Shown here in pieces: positions 57,451 through 64,000 of a stretch of 64,000 bases of DNA. The stretch is from an uncultured Gammaproteobacteria bacterium (lineage in GTDB: Bacteria; Patescibacteriota; Patescibacteriia; UBA11705; DATKZF01), in NCBI GenBank assembly GCA_964411255.1, contig CAYPKD010000006.1, positions 3,097 through 67,096 on the forward strand, read 5' to 3'. Numbering within the stretch: the stretch's first letter is position 1; every line of letters begins with the position of its first letter. The translations under genes and the position numbers were made by a program. Under the pieces are notes generated by a model. It worked only from the letters and a program-made list of their open reading frames with translations. It was not told where the DNA came from and ran no database searches.

Positions 57451-58551
57451 TTAATTGCTTACGCCTTTTATATATATAAATGCCATTACTAACATGAAAA
57501 TTAATAATGCGCCCATTCCTAAGACAAATAATGCCAGGCCTTTCTGCTGTAAATAAAGCCCAACTCCAGCTAAAACCGCAGTGATTGCCCATAAAAACAT
57601 GCTTGCTTTTTTAACACTAAAACCTGCATCTAAAAGCCGGTGATGCAAATGTTTTTTATCTGCCAAACTAAATGATTTTTTATCCATTCTACGTCTGATG
57701 ATTGACCAGGCTACATCTAAAATTGGTAAACTCATTAGCATCAAAGTAACTGTTACTTTGCTGCCTGAAATTATGGACAAAGTTCCTAAAATAAAGCCAG
57801 TATACGTACTACCACCTTCTCCCAGGAAAATAGCCGCTGGATTAAAGTTAAATACTAAAAAGCCAAGGCAAACACCAGCAAAAATTATTGCTAAAAGCGC
57901 TACATCCTGCTGATCTGAGCCAAGAAGCGAAACTGCAAAAATAAATAATGCGCCAACAGTTGTAACACCGGTAACCAAGCCGTCCAGGCCGTCCAATACT
58001 TTTGTGGTATACATCATTCCTATTAACCAGACAAATGTAAAAATGTCAGCCAAAAATGTCACCCGGTACGGAATGCCATGAAACCATAACAAATCTACCT
58101 GATATTTTGCCAAATGCCATAGGCCTTCTCCAAACGGATTTGTTATCCAATCAATTCCAATTCCGCTAATGCCGACTGATAAAACTGCCAAAACTGGCCA
58201 GATAAACTGGTACTTTGGTTTTAAATTATACTTATCATCTAAAATTCCACCAATCATTAAAAATCCACCGCCAATCAGCATTCCCCAAATGTATTTGGTT
58301 AAAATGTGATTTCCAGTCAGTTCAGAGCTAAAATATATGTAGATTAATAAAACAACATTAAAAGCTAAAAAAAGCGCCAGGCCGCCCATTTTGGGCACAG
58401 GCTTTTTATGGATTTTCCTTGGACTGTCAGGTCTATCCAATATTTTTAATTTTTTTGCCACCCACATTACCAATGCTGAAAACACCAAACCTACTAAAAA
58501 AGCAATACTTATGCTGGCAATATAATCATAAGAATTCATATTTTGTCTCAA
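57451..58551 (-). CDS. Glycosyltransferase family 4 polyprenyl-phosphate sugar-phosphate transferase (MraY/WecA family)
   Basis: PKMGG, ILDDKYN, VLDGLDGLV motifs. 10-11 TM helices. Confidence 0.7.
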   Translation of the reverse strand: MRQNMNSYDYIASISIAFLVGLVFSALVMWVAKKLKILDRPDSPRKIHKKPVPKMGGLALFLAFNVVLLIYIYFSSELTGNHILTKYIWGMLIGGGFLMIGGILDDKYNLKPKYQFIWPVLAVLSVGISGIGIDWITNPFGEGLWHLAKYQVDLLWFHGIPYRVTFLADIFTFVWLIGMMYTTKVLDGLDGLVTGVTTVGALFIFAVSLLGSDQQDVALLAIIFAGVCLGFLVFNFNPAAIFLGEGGSTYTGFILGTLSIISGSKVTVTLMLMSLPILDVAWSIIRRRMDKKSFSLADKKHLHHRLLDAGFSVKKASMFLWAITAVLAGVGLYLQQKGLALFVLGMGALLIFMLVMAFIYIKGVSN

Positions 58552-58647
58552 TTTTGCAATAAAAATTTAAAAATGTCAAGAAAACACGTATATTTTTACA
58601 TTTTCATAATAAAAAACTTTGCAAAAAGTTGCAAAGCTTAAACTGAA

Positions 58648-59301
58648 TTAAAACTCAAACTGTCTGCAAAGAACAACCCTCACATCTGGATTAGCTATGG
58701 AATCCCAATAGAAGTTAACATCTAGACCACTAACCTCTCCACTGGAATGAAAGCCAATAGTAATATGGTCACCGAAAACTGACCTTGATCTGCCCCAATG
58801 ATACCAATGATCAGTAATTCTTTCACCACTTATCATAAAAACAGTCAATATAGCTTCAGCAAAAACCGCTTCATTACAGCGATCATATTCTTTGACAAGT
58901 CTGTCGATTATCCTTTCCTGCGAATACCAGTCCATATCAGCAAACTGAGGCTTCATATTTACTAAGTAATATTGAGCCTCAGGCCTAATTTTCGCCCAGC
59001 AGTCTTCAAAATACTTAAGCCACCAAACATTGATTGAAAAACCAGGCTGATTCTCTGAATCAACACCCAATTTTTCTCGCTGTTGGTGCAGACTCAATCC
59101 ATTAACAAAAATCAACCGCCAATCAGCTTGATCAGCCCTATTCTGTGTAGCGCAATGGCGCAAAGTTTCTTCAGAATATCGAATTTCAACATCAGCCCGT
59201 ACTTCCAGCTCCCAGGCCTTTGCTGCTTGTTCAGCAGTAATCACCTTATCTTTACCAAAAATTTCAATTGCCAAATCAAGAGCTACTGGATTTTTCATCA
59301 A
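58648..59301 (-). CDS. Hypothetical protein (217 aa)
   Basis: ORF with an upstream TTGACA-like promoter motif at ~59350. Confidence 0.4.
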   Translation of the reverse strand: MMKNPVALDLAIEIFGKDKVITAEQAAKAWELEVRADVEIRYSEETLRHCATQNRADQADWRLIFVNGLSLHQQREKLGVDSENQPGFSINVWWLKYFEDCWAKIRPEAQYYLVNMKPQFADMDWYSQERIIDRLVKEYDRCNEAVFAEAILTVFMISGERITDHWYHWGRSRSVFGDHITIGFHSSGEVSGLDVNFYWDSIANPDVRVVLCRQFEF

Positions 59302-59438
59302 AATACTCCTTTGGCTTGTTTTGTTAAACCTTAATTCAATGCTTTACATTATCAATAACTCAAAAAAATGTCAATCAACAAACAAAAAAACGCATTTCTG
59401 CATTATTTTGTTACAAGCTACAAGTTACAAGATACAAG

Positions 59439-62222
59439 CTATATAGCCTCAGCCTTTTCCACCCTCAATTTGCCGCCAGGTTCTAACACAACCACATCCC
59501 TGCGTCCAATTTGTGCAGATAATAAGTAATTGGCCAATGCATCGTCAACTTCCTGCTGGATTACCCTACGAAGCGGACGCGCTCCAAACTGCGGATCATA
59601 ACCTTTTTTAGCTAACTCACGAAGAGCCTCATCTGATACTTTAAATGTAATGCCCTTTGCTTCAAGCCGTTTGGCCACTTTGGCAATCATTAATTTACCA
59701 ATTTCAAATACATTATCTTCTGTTAAAGGTTTGAATATCATGATTCCATCATATCGATTTAAAAATTCCGGTCTAAAATATTCACGCAGCTCTTCATTAA
59801 TCATGTGATTTTTTATTTCTTCAATTGACAAACCTTTACCAACCGCATCCTGTAAATATGGAGTTCCTGCATTTGAGGTCATTACAATAATCAAATTTGT
59901 AAAATCAATTGTCCGGCCAGCATTGTCAGTTAACCGGCCATCTTCCATTACCTGCAGGAACAGATTCAAAACATCTGGATGAGCTTTTTCAATTTCATCA
60001 ACCAAAAGCAATGTAAAAGGATTTCGTCTTACTGCTTCAGTTAAATAGCCTCCTTCCTTTGATATAGCTGTTGGCGCGCCAATCAAACGATAAATACTTT
60101 CAGGTGTCTGATACTCTGACATATCCAGCCTGACCATGTTTTCTTCACTGCCAAAATATATATCAGCCACTGTCTTTGCCAATTCTGTTTTACCCACACC
60201 GGTCGGGCCAAGAAAAAGCAAACTGGCAATTGGCCGGTCGCCTTCGCGAAGCTCTGCTCTGGCCCGGCGCAAACTGGAAGCAACCATTTTCACTGCTTCA
60301 TCCTGACCAATTATTCGGCCATGTATCTCTTCTTCCAAATTAATTAATTTTTGCGCTTCCTTTTCAGTAATTTTTGCCACTGGAATTGAAGTTTTAATTG
60401 AAATAAACTTTGCCACATCATCACCGGTTACAATTTGATTTTCTCCCCTTTCTTTTCTAACAGCAATTGCCACTTGCTCAATAATTTCTAAAGCTTTTTG
60501 CGGTAAATATTTTTCATGCATATATCGAGCAGATAAAGCAACCGCCTTATCAAGACTGTCATAAGAAAAGAAAATTTTATTTTGAAATTCAATTGATCCG
60601 CTTTTTGCTTCCAAAACCTGTATTGCTTCATTTATTTCAGGCTCTTCCACTTTTATATTTTGAAAAACATTGGCAAGAGAGCTTTGTTCAACTGCCTCAG
60701 TATAATCTCGGGGATTTGTGGTTGCCACCACGTAAAATAATTTTTTTGATAAAATCTGCGATAAAACTTCTGATAAATCCAAGCCTCCCTGCTGGCCAGC
60801 AGTAATCCCAACCATATCATGAACATTTTCAATTGCTAAAACAATATTTTTTGCCTTAGCTGCTTCGCCCAATGCAGCCATCAGCCTTTCTTCTGCCTGC
60901 GCTGGTGTAGCGCCGCTGACTAAATGAGGCACGCTGAGGCTAACCAAACGCTTATCTTTTAGCATTTCTGGCACATCATCAGCAATCATTTTTTGCGCCA
61001 GCCCTTCTACAATTGAGGTTTTACCCACTCCTGGATAACCGATTAAAAGCACAGAATCTTTTGAACCTTCAATAATCCTAAAAACATCTTCAAATTCTTT
61101 TTCTCTGCCAACAGCTGGGAACAGACCACCCGCTCTGGCTGCGCCAGTTAAATCAATACTCATCTGATCTAAAAAAGGAGTAGCAACTGCAGTCATTGCC
61201 CGGTCAATACCGCTCTTTGGCTTTAATCTGCCCCTAGCCCTATATCTGGAAACTCGTTGCCGAAGCTGATTTTGAATTTTTATCCAAATAATTACATTTT
61301 TTAATTTTTGCCTGTTTAATTCTAAATCTACTAAAATGTCTTCCACATAATCTTTTTCTAAATCCTTAAATAATTCTTTCCAGGTGAACGCTGAAGCTAA
61401 TTCAGTTACTCCAATTTTTACTTTTTCGGCCAGCATTGCTTCCCAATATGCAAATATCAATATTTTTTTTGAAATAATTTCAAATTTTGGCACACCGCCA
61501 ACAGCGGTTTTCTGAGATAAAATATTCATTACTTTATCCTGAATTGTTTGCTTGGCAATGCCCAGTCTGCCAAAAATTATTAAACCCTGATCTGATTCTG
61601 GCAGAGCAACAAATAGATGCAGCTCATTTACAAAATTTTCATTTAATTTACTGGCTAATTTCCAGGATTTATTAATCAAATCTAGAGTTTTATCATCATA
61701 AGTTTTTGAAATGTCAATTAAATCTTTTTTCGGCCTGGCAATCACATCCTGCCAGTCAGTTACAGGAGATGAATATATCAAATCTTCATCCCGAAATTCT
61801 TTTTTCATTACTTTATACTTTGGATCAAGCTCCTGTTCAATTCGGTAGTATAAATACAAATCGCCAATAATGGTCAGCCAAAAGTAAAATTTTTCAAAAC
61901 TAGCCTGCCGAAACCAATAGTCATATGAAAATGCTGGTTCAAATCCTAATTTGTATAAATGCCAGAGTAAAACAGCAAAACCGCTTAATCCAAATATAAT
62001 TAAAAGTATGTTTATTAAATTTTTTATTGATTTTGTAAATTTCTCATGATAAATATGCCAGTTATCAATAAATCTGCCCCAATATAAAACTTTGTCTTTG
62101 AAAAACAAAACCACGCCCATGCCTTTGCAGGTCAGGCATTCCATATTGTCTTTTGTGCCACTTCCATTACACGATTCACAAACCAGAAATGGCAATTGTT
62201 TTTTTGGTAATTCTTTTGCCAT
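59439..62222 (-). CDS. Clp/Hsp100-family AAA+ ATPase (ClpC-like) with N-terminal zinc ribbon and TM segment
   Basis: Two AAA+ modules (GYPGVGKTSIVEGLA and LGPTGVGKTELAKT with sensor motifs). N-terminal CESCNGSG..CLTCKG and a hydrophobic helix. Confidence 0.8.
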   Translation of the reverse strand: MAKELPKKQLPFLVCESCNGSGTKDNMECLTCKGMGVVLFFKDKVLYWGRFIDNWHIYHEKFTKSIKNLINILLIIFGLSGFAVLLWHLYKLGFEPAFSYDYWFRQASFEKFYFWLTIIGDLYLYYRIEQELDPKYKVMKKEFRDEDLIYSSPVTDWQDVIARPKKDLIDISKTYDDKTLDLINKSWKLASKLNENFVNELHLFVALPESDQGLIIFGRLGIAKQTIQDKVMNILSQKTAVGGVPKFEIISKKILIFAYWEAMLAEKVKIGVTELASAFTWKELFKDLEKDYVEDILVDLELNRQKLKNVIIWIKIQNQLRQRVSRYRARGRLKPKSGIDRAMTAVATPFLDQMSIDLTGAARAGGLFPAVGREKEFEDVFRIIEGSKDSVLLIGYPGVGKTSIVEGLAQKMIADDVPEMLKDKRLVSLSVPHLVSGATPAQAEERLMAALGEAAKAKNIVLAIENVHDMVGITAGQQGGLDLSEVLSQILSKKLFYVVATTNPRDYTEAVEQSSLANVFQNIKVEEPEINEAIQVLEAKSGSIEFQNKIFFSYDSLDKAVALSARYMHEKYLPQKALEIIEQVAIAVRKERGENQIVTGDDVAKFISIKTSIPVAKITEKEAQKLINLEEEIHGRIIGQDEAVKMVASSLRRARAELREGDRPIASLLFLGPTGVGKTELAKTVADIYFGSEENMVRLDMSEYQTPESIYRLIGAPTAISKEGGYLTEAVRRNPFTLLLVDEIEKAHPDVLNLFLQVMEDGRLTDNAGRTIDFTNLIIVMTSNAGTPYLQDAVGKGLSIEEIKNHMINEELREYFRPEFLNRYDGIMIFKPLTEDNVFEIGKLMIAKVAKRLEAKGITFKVSDEALRELAKKGYDPQFGARPLRRVIQQEVDDALANYLLSAQIGRRDVVVLEPGGKLRVEKAEAI

Positions 62223-62286
62223 AAACGTAGCTTTTACAGTCAGTTTTAATTTTTTATTTGTTTTTTTACTTTTTACTTTTTCATTT

Positions 62287-62667
62287 TTACTTTATTATAC
62301 TCAACCCCAAATTAAACAAAATCATATAAATTACAAAAATCGGAAAAATTATTCGTAAAATAAAAAAGACTAAGCCAAATATAAGCCAGCCGATAAATAC
62401 TATTGATCTAAAAATAATTTGAATAAAGCGCATGAAAAAACTTACCATCCGGCCCTGCCAGTCAGTCTGCCCAAACATTGGAGTAAAAACATTTTTTATC
62501 CAAATAGTCAGGCCCAAACTTTCATTAGCTGAACGAAGCGTTCCAGAAAAACTTCTCCAAGCCTTTGCCAAACCTTTGGTGTACCACCATATAGGAAAAT
62601 AAAAAACATCTCCAATAAGGTCCTTGAAGAAAAATTTCAAAGATTTCAAGAAAAGACTCTGTTCCAT
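62287..62667 (-). CDS. Small membrane protein (126 aa)
   Basis: Hydrophobic C-terminal half. Confidence 0.4.
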   Translation of the reverse strand: MEQSLFLKSLKFFFKDLIGDVFYFPIWWYTKGLAKAWRSFSGTLRSANESLGLTIWIKNVFTPMFGQTDWQGRMVSFFMRFIQIIFRSIVFIGWLIFGLVFFILRIIFPIFVIYMILFNLGLSIIK

Positions 62668-62745
62668 AGAATCGTTTTGTTTTTATATTTTTTTGTTTTA
62701 CTGTTTATATTATAACATAAAATAAAAGACTGAGCATAATTTTGC

Positions 62746-63048
62746 TCAGTTTGCTTGATTATTTTGCTTGCGAATTAAAAATACTTTTATAACTCCGTAT
62801 AGAATAGATGCGACCATCACTGGCCAAACAATTGTGCATAGCCAGAATTGCTTATATAAAGCATCAAAATAATATAAGAGGACAAATGATGTACCGACCG
62901 CGCCACCAAGCATTGATAATGCACCGACAGCCATCCATATCCAATTTTTTTTCATTATAGCAACCGCCCAAATCATTGAACCAATAAATGATAATCCTAA
63001 TAAATTATAAAAAGCTAGCTGCTCTCCCATGTTCCCCTCCTTTTGCAA
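62746..63048 (-). CDS. Small membrane protein (100 aa, 3 TM)
   Basis: Hydrophobicity. Promoter-like motif at ~63060-63080. Confidence 0.4.
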   Translation of the reverse strand: MQKEGNMGEQLAFYNLLGLSFIGSMIWAVAIMKKNWIWMAVGALSMLGGAVGTSFVLLYYFDALYKQFWLCTIVWPVMVASILYGVIKVFLIRKQNNQAN

Positions 63049-63103
63049 TAATACAGATTACATTAATAAATACATTTTGTCAATAAAAACCGATGAATTG
63101 CCC

Positions 63104-63127
63104 GTCATTCCCGCGGGGGCAGGAATC
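63104..63127. repeat. REP-like hairpin (gtcattcccgcgggggcaggaatc)
   Basis: Family member of 46441-46600 and 50698-50723. Confidence 0.45.
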
Positions 63128-63190
63128 TATTCCTAGTACAATATAACCCAAAGCAGCGGCTCTTTGAAGTAACAAAAAGACTGAATATTT

Positions 63191-63826
63191 TTATCCAGCC
63201 AATCTCCAATTTGATGGAGAAAAATCAAAAAAATGAACCAATTTACCTTGCACAAAATCTCGATGATAATAGACCTTATCTGAATCCTGCCACAAATTCA
63301 TTTGCTCAAGAAACATTTTGGCATCTTCCTCTTTTACACCAAAGTTTGTTATTAATTGCAAGCGCCAGGAATCCTGTTTATCAGCAGGAGATAAATTCAA
63401 CACTAATTCAGGCGTGAGATTAAAGTCAGGTAATTTTATTCTCATAAACGTTCCACCTGTCATAATTTCTTTTTGTTCGAAATCTTCAGGCTTGTATATA
63501 CCATTTTCAATTTCTGTCTTAAAATACTTTTTCAAATTTTCAACTGTTCCTTGAATACTCAACACAACATGAATTTGATTCAATTTTTTTTGAATAATTA
63601 TTCCATTAACAAACATTATGGCCAAAGCCCCAACACCAACAAGCTTCATTTCAAGATTGCCTAAAAGCGAAAAGATACAAAAAAAGAAAAGGCATGATGC
63701 GCTTGTCATTCCAAACCCGATTTTTACAATTTTTCTATCTCTTCTGGAAAGCCCTATGTTTTGGATAAAAAGGCCAACAATAAATGATGCTTCTGCTATT
63801 AAAAAGATCAGCCGAAAAAGCGACAT
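63191..63826 (-). CDS. Membrane protein (211 aa) with N-terminal TM helices
   Basis: ORF with a promoter-like TTGACA motif at ~63870. Confidence 0.4.
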   Translation of the reverse strand: MSLFRLIFLIAEASFIVGLFIQNIGLSRRDRKIVKIGFGMTSASCLFFFCIFSLLGNLEMKLVGVGALAIMFVNGIIIQKKLNQIHVVLSIQGTVENLKKYFKTEIENGIYKPEDFEQKEIMTGGTFMRIKLPDFNLTPELVLNLSPADKQDSWRLQLITNFGVKEEDAKMFLEQMNLWQDSDKVYYHRDFVQGKLVHFFDFSPSNWRLAG

Positions 63827-63922
63827 GTCCCCTCCTCACCTTTTCATAAAATATAATAATTTTTAAATACACTTTTGTCAATAAAAAAGCTGGAAAGTTA
63901 TTAACCTTCCAGCTGGACGAAA

Positions 63923-64000
63923 TCACTCAGGCTTTTCAGCTGGGCGATTTTGAAGAAGCTTCTTGAGCTCCCCAGGAGACATATTGTCAACCTGACTTCT
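63923..64000 (-). CDS. C-terminal end of a gene extending beyond the window
   Basis: Open minus-strand frame from the window edge to TGA (plus-strand tca at 63923-63925). Confidence 0.2.
   Translation of the reverse strand, partial: RSQVDNMSPGELKKLLQNRPAEKPE

Noticed and set aside
1-64000. CRISPR array, rRNA genes, transposases/IS elements
   Set aside because: No regularly spaced direct repeats of 25-40 nt with unique spacers. No rRNA-like conserved blocks. No transposase-like ORFs. The only recombinase is the tyrosine recombinase at 39852-40670.

Overview
This is a low-GC (~35%) bacterial chromosome segment. Most genes sit on the minus strand, and the gene content resembles a small-genome CPR/Patescibacteria-like organism; this is an inference from gene content and composition only. 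Housekeeping genes I can support from the sequence: secA; a secD/secF pair in which SecD carries a tandem parvulin-type PPIase insertion; rtcB, hpf, murB, murC, glyA-folD and dnaB-ybaB-recR; rplU; an MraY/WecA-family transferase; a membrane-anchored ClpC-like ATPase; an ELP3-like radical-SAM/GNAT enzyme; three HD-domain proteins (one HD-GYP); NUDIX, SPFH and a tyrosine recombinase. There is a 10-gene tRNA array at 26854-28066 on the minus strand. Interleaved with these are GC-elevated accessory segments. Each carries a host-type extended promoter, a strong Shine-Dalgarno and a hairpin terminator. The segments are 14.2-14.8 kb (NADAR-like), 22.1-26.85 kb (PcfJ-like protein plus partner, a Cys-rich protein, a membrane protein and a MORN/YwqK-like lipoprotein, abutting the tRNA array), 39.3-39.7 kb, 46.44-48.96 kb (a 2.5-kb gene-poor island of small-ORF/ncRNA-like transcription units) and 51.4-52.5 kb (two small cassettes, one a 107-aa + 37-aa bicistron). 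A VirD4/TraG-like cytoplasmic ATPase with an adjacent 2-TM membrane protein and two further unknowns (1155-7281) is a candidate conjugation-like or DNA-translocation module. Intergenic regions are unusual: short word repeats in both orientations, several occurring as paired copies that flank gene blocks, and a hairpin family GTCATTCCYGC...GCRGGAATC. No CRISPR array, rRNA or obvious transposase is present.
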